64,000 nt of DNA, taken from NCBI RefSeq assembly GCF_009914755.1, contig NC_060932.1; one strand, given 5' to 3'. Source of the DNA: the human T2T-CHM13v2.0 reference genome, Homo sapiens. The position numbers and the translations under genes are program-made. Below, one piece after another: positions 28,471 through 40,641 of the stretch (positions are counted from its first letter, which is position 1; each line of letters begins with the position of its first letter). The notes below the pieces were generated by a model. It saw only the letters and a list, made by a program, of their open reading frames with translations. It had not been told where the DNA came from and made no database searches.

Positions 28471-29100
28471 AGGAATTCTAAGCTGGTATTGCTAAAGTTT
28501 TGGTGGTAATGGAAGACTTGGGTGCACCTGAGTTACCCTATTTTCAAACCGATTGCCAGTTAATTAAGGAGATGAGTACTATGTGGGCTCCCAATGGAAA
28601 GTAATAGGATGCTAAATGGAACAATTAAGCTGATTGGCATTCACTGATATCAGAGAGGAAAGAAACCCCAAGGGGAAGTCCTAACCATCACAAATCGCAT
28701 CATTAAAAGAACTTGAAAGTCATGGATAATTTTTCACTACATTATACATCTACCTTTTAGCCCTTCAGACTGAGGCTATATTTTGCCGTTTTGTGAAGAT
28801 AAAACCACAGTGATGAGAGATTGCTGTAGCTTTTCAACTCCTTGGAAAGCATCCTGATGAAGGCTAGGCATCTAAGGGCCCACAAATGCACCTGCAAAGT
28901 GTTTCTGCTTTTCATTCGTTTCTTATACATTCTGCTTCACCCATGAAATTCCATCTGAAAGGCAATGAGGAATGATGTTCTCTGTTCTGAGGCCCGGAAC
29001 AAGGAGGATCAACATACTGTTGTTTCTTCACGTTAAAATTTCTCATTGGTTTACTCTAAGAGGTAAGTCTTAGCAAATATTCAATGAATCAGTGAATGAA

Positions 29101-29323
29101 AGTGTTTCTCTATGGGAGCAGTTTTGTCCCCCAGGATACATCTGGTAATGTCTGGAGATGTTTTTGGTTGTCATAAATTGGGGAGAGGTTGCTACTGACA
29201 TCTAGTGGGTAGAAGCCAGAAATGCTGCTAAATACTCTACAGTGCACAGGACAGCTCCCACAAGGAAGAAAGGAAGAATTGTCCAGTCAAGTCTCTCCAT
29301 AGTACCAAGGTTGAAGAACGCTG
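29101..29323 (+). mobile_element. MER20 (hAT-Charlie)
   Basis: gttttgtcccccagg...tctggagatgtttttggttgtca...gctactgacatctagtgggtaga...gcacaggacagc. Confidence 0.85.
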
Positions 29324-29976
29324 TTATACAAAATGGCGCCAAAATGCCAAGCTGTCACTCAAACCCTTCTGTGATCCCTCTCTCGAGGGTCAGCTCCATC
29401 TAATACTTTTGCCTTTTCATATGTTGTTCTTCAATCATTTCGATCTAGTTATAACATCTGAAACATTATGAGTATGTATATTCCATGAGAACAGGAAATT
29501 TTTCTTTTCTGTTTTGTTCATTCCTGCTGTTTAATAAATAACTGTTGAATGAGTGAGTGAATGAATACTAAGTGTAGTGCTTGCAAAGACAACTTCTCTT
29601 CCTGGAATGTTTTATTTTCTCCATGTTGAGACCTAATAAAACACTCAACACTGGAGCATCACTTCTTTGAGATGTTCCTCCCTGCCCCAGACAGCCTGTC
29701 CTACCTCTTCCACTGCACCATTTTTCACCTTTGACATCTCTCTACTTTGTTTTCATCGCACTGCACTGCAATTTATCTTATCCCATATTTATCTTCTCTA
29801 TACGACTCCAAGTACCTTTAAGGCAGTGCTCCTGCCTGATTTACTATCTCCTGTACCTGTCACAGTATGTGCCACTGAAGAGATTCTCCATAAAGATTTT
29901 TTTTAATGGGTGAATGAATGATTGAGAGGATAACTAAATTCTTGCCTTGGAACAAACGCGGTGCCTGGAGGGTGGG

Positions 29977-30082
29977 TGAGTCACTGTAGCTAACAGTGAA
30001 CACAGCGCCACCAGGTAGCGTCCCCCTCTCCGTGTGTCTGCAGGAGCCCCAGGGAGCACATAGGAACCCCCGCAGGGCCAAT
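29977..30082. promoter_or_regulatory. Candidate cis-regulatory element: AP-1 site, CTCF-like motif, CCAAT box
   Basis: TGAGTCA 29977-29983; cagcgccaccaggtagcgt 30003-30021; CCAAT 30078-30082; local CpG retention. Motif match only. Confidence 0.35.
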
Positions 30083-31559
30083 CAACTGCTGACTATTGTG
30101 GGCACAGTTTGGAGTTCTTGAGAATAGACATACCATAATGTATAGATTTGTAAAAGTAGGAGAAATAGAGAACGTGTGTTAAGAAAGACATTAGGTCTAC
30201 GTAGAAGCAGCCAGCATGATTTCTTCACTTTTCATAGAGAGCATTTCCCAAGAGACACTTGGGGAGGAATTAATGTTTTCAGCATTGAGGTAGACACTCA
30301 GAGGTCCAGTGGAGAAGGGCCATGTGGCCAGTCACCCTGCCTCTCTGCATTTGATAAAAATAAGTCAAAATCCATGTAGGGCCAGATTGTCTGGAGGTCA
30401 AGGTAGAAGGAGCTGAGTAAAGGAACAGACAAATGAGGGCAGTGAATTAGCCCAGTGTTTGTCAGTACAGACCGCTGGTAAATACATGCTCTTCATGCGA
30501 GCCTGGTGGGAGTAGTTGATGCATTCATCCCTCAGAACTTAGGGGAACTGAACAGAGAAGCAGAGTGAGAAGTGTTGCCCCGCCCAATTGCCTCCAGCCT
30601 GTTTATTTATGGCTGGGGAAAGAAAGACAAAATTTAGTACTAGCGAAACTCAAAAGAAAAAAAAAATAGGAGAGCCCAGAGAGTTAGGATAGAAAACTGT
30701 TAACTAGAGGGACAAACAGATTTGACAGAGCCTAAGTTCTCTTGTTGAATAAATCCACAAATACTGATTGTGAAACTGTTCAAGTAAACATTGGAGACAC
30801 AGAAGAATCTTGAGAGAAATTACGGAAGAAAAATTCCAGAATGTGGCCAACTCATGATGTGGGGCCATCATCCACTCTTCATTCTCTAAGGGAAGATATC
30901 TGCAAGGAAGTCAGGAGGTGACAAAGACATGTCCATGAAACAGAAGAGAGAAAGATGCTTTTCCAGGCAGAATCTGAAACCATCCGTATTTTTCTGAGAG
31001 TGCTTCTCCTAGTCAAGAGTATCATCAGATGGTTGGAGTGGGTCACTCTTCTCAGTTGTAGTGTATGACATTTTCTGGGAGACATGGTAATCTGTCTTGA
31101 TATTTGCAAGTTTGAGGATGCTGGCAACCATGGAACATATTGTTTGAGAATTTTAGATTTGCAATAAGCACAGAGCCAAGCAGAGAGCCTGGCGCCTAGA
31201 GGGTGCTTCACATATGTTTTGTAGAATAAATGAATAATTTCATAACCATCATCTATTGAGCACTTATTATTCACCCACTGCTTTTCATATTTTATCTCAA
31301 TAAACCCTCACAACAATTTAGCAATGTAGGTGAGTGTCTTTGTCCCAAAAGTCTACATGAGGCAACTGATTCTTAGAGGGGTTAAGTCACATGTCTGAGG
31401 TCTCACAGATACATTTTTAAAAGAGTCTGCATACAAAGCACTTGAGGTGAATGATAAATGAAGGTATGAATGAGTGAATAAATGAAAGTATGAATAAGTA
31501 AATTAATGAATGATTAAAAAACAGTCATCAGGCTTGAAGTATCACATCAGGGTCAGACA

Positions 31560-31727
31560 CGGTGATTCCCAACTCTGCTGCACAGCAGAATCACTGTGGA
31601 CATTTGAAAACATATGGTACATGGGACATTCTGATCGAATTGATTTGGGGTAAGGAGGAGCCATCAGGGTTTTTACCAGTTTCTTCATGATGATTTTAAT
31701 GTACAGTCAGGTTTGAGAATTACTTGG
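31560..31727. mobile_element. MER5-family (hAT-Charlie) element
   Basis: ggtgattcccaac...gcagaatcac...gattttaatgtacagtcaggtttgagaa. Confidence 0.55.
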
Positions 31728-32621
31728 TTAGAAGAAAGGATGGTTTTCATTGAACTCAGTTGCTTGGTGAAGGAGATAAAGCTATGATCTTATGTTGGAT
31801 ATTTACAAAGGCCAGGAGCATGTGTTTTTAATAATCTCACCCAGTGATTCTTATCTTCCAGCAAGTTTGGGAACCACTGCATTTAAGGTAAGGCAGCTGG
31901 TTACATATCTCTTGCTGCAGGATGGGGTTAGTCCTGGAAAGTAGCAATAGACTTGGTCTTTCCAGGAGGGCAATGGGAGGTCAGGGCCCCATGGCCCCAC
32001 CTAGAGATAGAAAGAAGGAAGTCAGCTGGATGCAGAAAAGGAGTTGCACTGAAGAGGGCAATTATTTGGTGCTGTTCAAACCGACAGTCTTTAAATATTT
32101 GTTAACATTTATTCAATAGGGGCTTGAAGTGACTGATTTGCTATTAATGCAAAATGTGTGCACAAATAATGTGCTTATTTGGCTTGAACATTTTATTGCT
32201 GTGATAGCATTTTTCAAGAAGAAACATTATTCAATGAGAACATTAAGGTTTTTTATTTGTTTTTTGCTTTGAATAGCTTTGTTTTCATTTCCAACTTCCA
32301 CAGGCAAGGGGCCAAATGATATAAAACAATTTATTTCCTGGATGTTTAGAGACCCTTGTGCACTATAGCTTGTCCAGCTCAAATAGCTGCCCTGCACTGT
32401 TTGGGGCATTGTGCGAGGCCCTTTAAAGGACAAATTTTAAAAAGCCGTAGACTTTCCTCTAATGGAGAAAAGTATAATTGCACAGGCACATATATTTTTA
32501 ATGCAAATCTCAGAGATTCACCTTGTTCAGACACCACATTAAATGAGAACATAAACAGGTGGCTTAGGCTCACCTTGGAGCATCTTAGAGTGTGGTGTAG
32601 CAACGTTCAAGTCTGGCTCTA

Positions 32622-32954
<333 letters not shown>

Positions 32955-33423
32955 CTATAAATATGTATTCTATGTCTATGCAATGCTGTGTACTTTTTTA
33001 AATGCCTTCGGTAGAGATGAACAAAACAGACAAGATGCTGGCTTTGATAAAATTTACTTTCTAGTTGGAAGAGAAGGACAGTGATTAAAAAATAAACCAC
33101 AATATTCATGTGATTATGAGTGCTAGACAGAGAATAATCCCAGGGGCACAGATAATAACTTTAGGGTGGGTGGTCACACGCTTCTCTGAGGAGGTAAAGT
33201 TAAGCAGAACCTAAATATCAAAGAGGAACCTGCCATAAAATCATTCCCATGTCCCAGGCAAAGGCTCTGGGGTGGGAATGGTGTGGGTGTGTTCTGTGTG
33301 GCGGAGAGGAAAGCCAGGAAGGGTCAGAAGAGGGCACAGCAGTGCACAAGGACCAGGCCAAATATGATCCAAAAAGCTAGGATAAGGGGCTTTATTCCAA
33401 CCAAAATATAAAGTCACTGGGAG

Positions 33424-33712
33424 TTTTTTTGTTTTTTTGTTTTTTTCTTAAGACAGAGCCTTGCTCTGTCACCAGGCTGGAGTGCAATGGCACTGCAACC
33501 TCTGCCTCCCTGGTTCAAGCTATTCTCCTCAGCCTCCTGAGTATCTGGGATTACAGGCATGTGCCACCATGCCCGGCTAATTTTTTGTATTTTTAGTAGA
33601 GACGGGGTTTCACCATGTTAATCAGGATGGTCTTGATCTCCTGACCTTGTGATCCGCCCACCTCAGCCTCCCAAAGTGCTGGGATTACAGGCGTGAGCCA
33701 CTGCACCCAGCC
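33424..33712 (-). mobile_element. Alu (AluSc-like) inserted in an L2 relic (~33000-34080)
   Basis: Reverse-complement Alu with small internal deletions; near-perfect TSD tcactgg(g)agtttt. Confidence 0.93.
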
Positions 33713-35154
33713 TCACTGGAGTTTTAAAGAGGGAGTGATATGTATGACCACTTCAAGAGAATGAGTGAATTAGGTCAAGCAGGAAGGTGGAGAGAATCAT
33801 TGAGAGACTCTTGCATTGATCCAAACCAACAATGATGGTAGTTTGAACTAGGATAGACCCATGAAAATGGTGAGGAGTCATTGAATTTGGGATATGTTGT
33901 GATGGAGGTGTCAGAGGACTTAATAAAGCAATGACTATGGACCAGTGAGGAGAGAGAGGCAGGAAAGGTTTCCTGGGCATTGGGCTTGCGCATCTAGATC
34001 TGTGTTGGTTCATTTACTGGAACAGTGAACACTGGAGTAGGAGCAATTTTGAGGAAGAAAGAATAAAAAATTCTGATTTTATAAACAGATAAGTATTCTG
34101 GGTAGAAGAACATGTGAAAAGCACAATTAATATTAGTGAGAAATATGCTTTGTACTAAGTATTGTGCCAAATACGTATAGTTCAGCTAAACAAATATCTA
34201 CCGAATGACATCTCGCATAAACCTCCACCCAACTATGTAGTAGTTATTATTGCCCTCATTTTCTAACAGGACTCAGTAATGGTTAAGCCACTTGCTCACT
34301 CTGCCACTCAGAGAGAGAGTTAGGATTCGCCCCAGGTCTGTCTTCTTGCATAGGTTGATCAGCTCAATCTCTGCAAATGCACTCATTCAATTAGGTGCAA
34401 GACCTGTTATGTCTTTTAAAATTCATTTTACCAAATACGCTGGCAAGAACAGCAGAGTTCCTCATAGCTCTTCTGACTTAAAGAAGGGCAAATCAGAAGC
34501 TCATAAAATCTAAATTAAATACACATAACATTATGAGTTTTTTCTTTTTCTTCTTCAGACTCTTTTCAGTGACAAAGGAGATGTTGATGAAATTTATGCA
34601 GGAGATTAAGAAGACATTATTTTTTGAATTTTCCAGATGTAGAAACTTATCATCCTGCTATCCAAAATTAGTTTGAGCAATCATCATCCCCAGTGGTGAT
34701 GTCAGTTGCCTTCAGAAGTCAGAATTTTATAGATTTCCAAGACTGCTTTTTCACTGCTCAACCAAATCCCACATTCCTAATCCCAACAAAAGAATTGTGA
34801 TGGGGAAGATGGTGCAGGTAACAATATTAGAGCCAGAGATGCCGCCTTAGATGAATCCCCAAGCCTCTAGGAGCCTCACTTCTCTCAACTATCAATCCTT
34901 TAATACTCACAATAGCAGCCCTTACTTTGCCACCACACAAAGTTTTTGCAAGAATCAGTAGAAAGCCGCGCAGATGTGAGATTGCTTGGAAAACCAGGAA
35001 ATCCTCAGATTGGAAGAAAAGGAATACCCCGCCCACCCCCACCCCCATTCTGGCCCTTCTTGTTGGCTCTACGACTTTTGGCGAGCTCCTTTTGTGAGTT
35101 GCAGATGCTTGATCTGTAACGTGGATGTAAAAGAAGGAGTGATGTAGTAGGTCA

Positions 35155-35352
35155 GAGAGCACCATAAAATGATCACATTTTTAGGGGCTTAAAACAACAC
35201 ACATCTATTATCTAACAACTTCCATGGGTCAGAAGTCAGGCATGGCCTAACAAGGCTCTCAAGCCCTCCCAAGGCTACAATCATGGTGGTGAGTGCTCTT
35301 TGTTCTCCTCTGGAGCTTAGAGTCTTTTCCCAAGGTTACATGGTTGTTGGAA
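35155..35352 (-). mobile_element. MLT1 LTR fragment (MLT1F/G-like)
   Basis: ggcttaaaacaacacacatctattatct...tgggtcagaagtcaggcatggc motif. Confidence 0.6.
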
Positions 35353-35604
35353 ATGGAGTCTCTACATCACAAGGCAGCCTGCCCCTTCCACAGTGAAAGC
35401 ATAGCCCAGACTGGAACTGAGGGAGAGGAAGCCCATCTCCTCGGCTGAATGTGCCAAGATAGAACTTCTGTAACATGGACCTTGATGCGAGCAGTGAAGC
35501 AGTGTCGGGCTCAAATGTCACAGGCTTCCACTGTTCTCACTGAGAGTTAGTACATTTTCTTGAATGACTGTTTCTCCATTTTAGTATGCCCTTAGGACAA
35601 CTTC

Positions 35605-36150
35605 CAAGACAGCCCTCACATTTTCCTCACCACCTTGACTAAACTTTAGACAGGCTTCTTCCTGCCTCTAGGACCCTTGGACTCTCTTTTCTTGGAATAT
35701 TTACTTTAGAAAACTATTAATTGTGCATTATTTCTCCGAGCCCCTGTGATATAAATCTCTTACCAAGCCTTTTGTCAGTTTCACAACCCAGAACTGTCTA
35801 TCTCCGGACCCTGGGAACCATCTCTTTGCAACACAATCGTCACAGAAGTACCGTCCCTTTCTCCCAGCCTCTGCTACAAGGTGGGAGCCTGACTTTGGTG
35901 AGTGCATTGCTCCAAGTTGTTGGACTCCCTCCTGTCATAAGGTGAAAATGTTTACTTTTCTTGAGTAAAATCAATTGACAAACACAGATGGCCCATGATC
36001 TCCTTCACACTCCAGCACTTGAAGTCCTTCCTGCCTTTTGTTTCAGCAAAGTTCAGCTCTGACTGAGTCCTGGCCTCGCTCCTCTATTGCAATGGCCTTG
36101 AATAAACTCTTTCTTCCCTACTTAATTTGGTGCAAATTTGTTTTTGAAAT
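35605..36150 (+). mobile_element. ERV1 solo LTR (MER67-like)
   Basis: ccttgactaaactttagacaggcttcttcctg...tttactttagaaaact...caaacacagatggcc...tattgcaatggccttgaataaa; 5' boundary uncertain. Confidence 0.6.
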
Positions 36151-39100
36151 TCTGATGATTTTTTAAAATAATTCTCACCAGAGAAGTTGTGGTTGTGCTG
36201 GGGATAAAGTCCACTGAGCTCCTTACTCATCATTCCAGAAGTCTCCACTCTTGGGATGCGACGTGCACACTTGACTGAGGGAGTCTCCAAGATTGTTTAG
36301 CCCCCCTCCATCCTCAACGCCTAGCACAAAGTAGGTTCATAGTAGACAGTGAATGAATGAATAATAACAACACATACAATTCATGATCCAGACACTGTGC
36401 TGGGTTCTGGGAGATTTAACGGTAAGCAAAAGAATCAGAGCTTACACCAGGCTGGGTCATGATTGTGCTCAGATCTCAGCAGAAACTTAGATGATTTTCC
36501 CTAAGAGCAATGAGAAGCCATTAAAGATTTTTTTTTTTAACAGGAGGTGATGTTTTTCATGTATATCTTTAAATGATGTCTGTGAAATGAGCTTTTTTTA
36601 TAAATGCAAGGACAGATTTTATTTTCCCTTGATGTTCTGAGCCCAAGATCCATTTCCAATTACTCTGACTCATCTTTAATTACCATCCTCCATGCAGGCG
36701 GAGAAGCCTCCATGGGCCCCATGGAGTGGGCAGAAGTGAGGGCAAGGTGGAAAAGGGCATGGGAAAGGAAACATGGCCAAAAGCTTTTTCCGTTTCACTT
36801 ATTGGAAAATATATTATTGGGGGAAATGAAGATGATATGAAGCCAAAAAGCAAATATTAACGTTCAACCTACATGCCCAGGGTTTAATGAGAATTAGTCT
36901 AACAACTGGTGTCAATTTAAAAGGACTTAGAGAGCCTACTGATTAAAATATGAGGAAAAGTTATTCTGTTCCTGAGCCAGACATAAGTTTTGTTTTGTTT
37001 GTTTCGGTTTTTTGTTTTTTTTGGCGGAGGGGATATCATTTTTTTTTTTTTTTTTTATGAGATGGGTAGAGGAAAGGAGATTCGGAACAAAAGCAACCCC
37101 CAGCCTCCTGATGGAGAAGCAAGAGTAAAACCTCCTGGCTTAGAAGCTGTTAATAAATACCACACATATATACAAAGGGACGCAGGGAGTGGTGCTACCA
37201 GTATGGGGCTGGGGGCAAATCTCCTGGTATCCTGTAGATTAGGTCACTGAACCGTGTGTCCTGGAGCAACTGAGGTGCCCTTTCTGAGCCTCAGTTTTCT
37301 CATTGGTAAAATAAAGTGATTGAACTGATGATTTTAAGGGGAACTACCAGCTCTAAAAACACCAATGTCTCTGTAGTCTAAGGAAAGAAGGAATTGATAT
37401 TAGTGTTGCTGAACAGAGCAGATCTTCAGGAAACTTTAGTCAATTATTTTTACCTTTGGAAACAGTGAGTAGTAGGTCATTTCCCTCCATGACCCTGCCA
37501 TTTCTCTCCCTACACCCCATCTGTCAAATGACTATGCCTGTAATATTCTCTTTGGAATAAGCTAATTCATTGAAATAAAAGTAAATAAAGAGGAACAATA
37601 AAAAGATAACAGAGGGGAATTGATGCTGGCAGTGTGGTATTTCTCTAAGAACAAAGACTTTGGCCCAGACTCCCTGACGTTAAGTGCTGGTGTCCTGGTC
37701 TCCCTGTCAGCTGTGTGTTGTCGGCAAATTACTCTCCAAGTTTCTGTTTCTGCATCAATAAAATGGAAGTAATATTCATACGTATTTCATGGGGTTTTGA
37801 GGACTATATGGCATGATGCCTGTGTTTAAAGAAATAGACTAAGAGAGTGAAACAAGAATGGTATTGATAGAAATTTTACTAGCAACAGGAGGCCCCATCC
37901 CTTCAGGAACCAAAGCCCTGGGAGATCAGAGTCAGTGGGGGAGAAGTAGAATACATTCTTTAAAACTAAAGTCCCTGCATGCTACCTTTGATCCACTTTA
38001 GCAAAGCACCAATCTCTTAGTGTTGTTGGTTACCTAGCCATGTCTGGGCTGATTATTTGACAGGCACTGGGCCAGCAATTGCATGCACCAGGCGTCCCAC
38101 CGGGGATTTTGGTATCCAACTGCCTTTGACTGGTTAGAGATGGGTTTGTGGTGCTACGTCAGCTTTTCACCATTTTCAGCAAGCTGTGTCACATGCATGG
38201 TGCTAGGCAGAGTTCTTAGCATGTAATAATATCAGTTTTTATAACTAATATCACTTAAAAATGTACACACAATAAAAACACTCAACACTAGATCATAGTT
38301 GTTCTTAGAATTATGCAATGTGCCCTGACAGTCCCCTGCTCTAGCGGCTGGCATTCAGCCTGCTCCCATATGGCCATCAGAATTGACCCAGCAATGGTCA
38401 GACTGATGCCATCCATCATGTCCTAAGCTTTTAGCGTCGATTTGCTGTGCACTTTAGAGTTTTATTGCATATTAAGCATTTTATTGCATAAGCTCTGTAA
38501 CGTGGATTTGCGACCTATAATATCCATTCACTCGTCCTATTCCAGTTCAGAAAATTGTGCTTATGATGCTCTTCTAATTTCACATGCAGCCAGGACCTAC
38601 CCCAAAGCCTCCCTCCTCCCTCAGCATAAGGCAGCCCTCGTCAGTCCCCAGACGCATTCCTGCACACCTGTACCCGTGCCTTTGCACAGGCTGTTTGCTT
38701 TGCCTGCTCCTCCTCCCTCCATCCTCTATCTGGAAAACTCTGGATCTTTGTTCACAATCCAGCCAAATCTCCCCCTCATTATAACTCCCCCACCCCACCT
38801 CCCCTAAGCATCATTGCTCCTTGCCTCTATATCCCTAGAGCTCTTTGCACATTATATCACCTTGCATTATCTTTGGGTCCCAGTTTCTCTACAGGAATAA
38901 TGGGAAAGTAACAAAGAAGCATTCATATTTACAGAATAGCTCAAGAGGCAAGAATGTCAACAATGTTTCACACATGTAAAGACTTTGGAGACTTGTCTGA
39001 GTAGGGAATGATGTTCAGGGGAGTCTGGAGGGCGTCCTCCTAAGGCACAGTAGTTTTCTGAGTCTGCAGATGGAGACTCCAGTTCCCTCAAGTGGGGGTG

Positions 39101-40300
39101 GAGACAGGGGAAGGGGTTACAATGTGTCTTTGTTTACACAAGCACAAAACTGTTGCTCACCCATCCTCAGTGTTAATACAATGCCAAGCTGGCAACTGTT
39201 TTGCAAAGTTGACAGCTGTCTGTGAGGTTTGAATGAAATAGTATTTTACGCAATATTTTTAATGGGCGGGGGGGGGGTGGGCATTGCAGACCTAAAAGGG
39301 GTAGATTTGGGGGATAAATTTGCCTTACCTGCTTATTTCTATGCAAATGTCTGTCTTTTTTCATTCTCTGACTCTGTCCATGATCTTGGAGCAACTGGAT
39401 CAGGCAACCTTAGCACCCCTCCGGGAATCCCATGGGGACAGATTAGCAGAGGCCTCCAAGAGAAAAGTAAAGGACAAAGAGGGCCGAGGTCATTGGCTAA
39501 GAAATGTGGATCTGGGTTTCCCTGAAACTGTGTAAGATACACAGGGCAGACAGAGTTATTGCTACTGTTTTATAGATAAGAAAAGTGAAGAAAGGTTGAT
39601 TTAAAGGGGTTGATCAATAATATTATTGGGACCAGCATGGTGTGGACTGTGACACAGATAAAGAATATTACAGAGAAGAGAGAGGAAAAAAGAAATCCAA
39701 TTCTGGTCAGCTGGGAGAACTTCCTGGAGTACATAGTATAACAAAAATCAATCACCCTTCTTCATTTATTGTTTGTTGTCAATGTATAACTCCCTCACTA
39801 GAATATAAGTTTCATCAAAGCAGGGATCTTTTCTGTTTGGGCAACCGATCATCTCAAGTGCTTATAACACAGCCTGGGACATTATAGGTTCTCAATAAAT
39901 ATTTGTTTATTGAAAGAATAAATGGTTCCCACAGAACTCCTGTGGATTACATCATTGCCCCTACAGACAGCAACAGAGTTCTCTTTAAATGCAACTATTG
40001 AATACCATCTTTCAGAGGAGAACCTGCACATCTCTTTCTAAGGAGGCAACTTTCTAGCTGGTAACTGAATAAAAAGCCAGAATCAGGTAAGGGGGGCATG
40101 CTATTCCTACACGGAGTCCCATTCCTAGACCGATGGCTGGCACACAATATCCCTCAGTAACAGTTTGAGGATTGAACTGGAGTAAATTCATTCATCATGC
40201 TAATCCTAGCTAAAAATTCTAAGACATCATGCTGCACCTCGCTGATTCTAACTTCTTAACTTCCATGCTCCTCTCTTGTATCCAAAGAACAAATCCCAAA

Positions 40301-40641
40301 TGATACAATTTGGCTGTGTCCCCACCCAAATCTCACCTTGAATTGTAGCCTCCATAATTCCAACATGTTGCGGGAGGTAATTGAATCAAGGGGGCGGTTT
40401 CCCCCATGCTGTTCTCGTGGTAGTGAATAAGTCTCATGAGATATGACAGTTTTCTAAATGGGAGTTTCCCTGCACAAAGCTCTCTTGCCTGCCATCCGTG
40501 CCTTTGCTCCTCACCTGCCTTCCACCATGATTGTGAGGCCTCCCCAGCCATGTGGAACTGTGAGTCAATTAAACCTCTTTCCTTGATCAATTACCCAGTC
40601 CCGGTATGTCTTTATTAGCAGTGTAAGAACGGACTAACACA
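40301..40641 (+). mobile_element. Solo THE1 LTR (THE1B/C-like)
   Basis: tgatacaatttggctgtgtccccacccaaatctc...gtgaggcctccccagccatgtggaactgtgagtc...ggactaacaca. Confidence 0.9.

Noticed and set aside
36988-37056. Two T-rich tracts as a possible retrocopy tail
   Set aside because: No adjacent Alu, L1 or mRNA body and no TSD recognisable; treated as low-complexity sequence.
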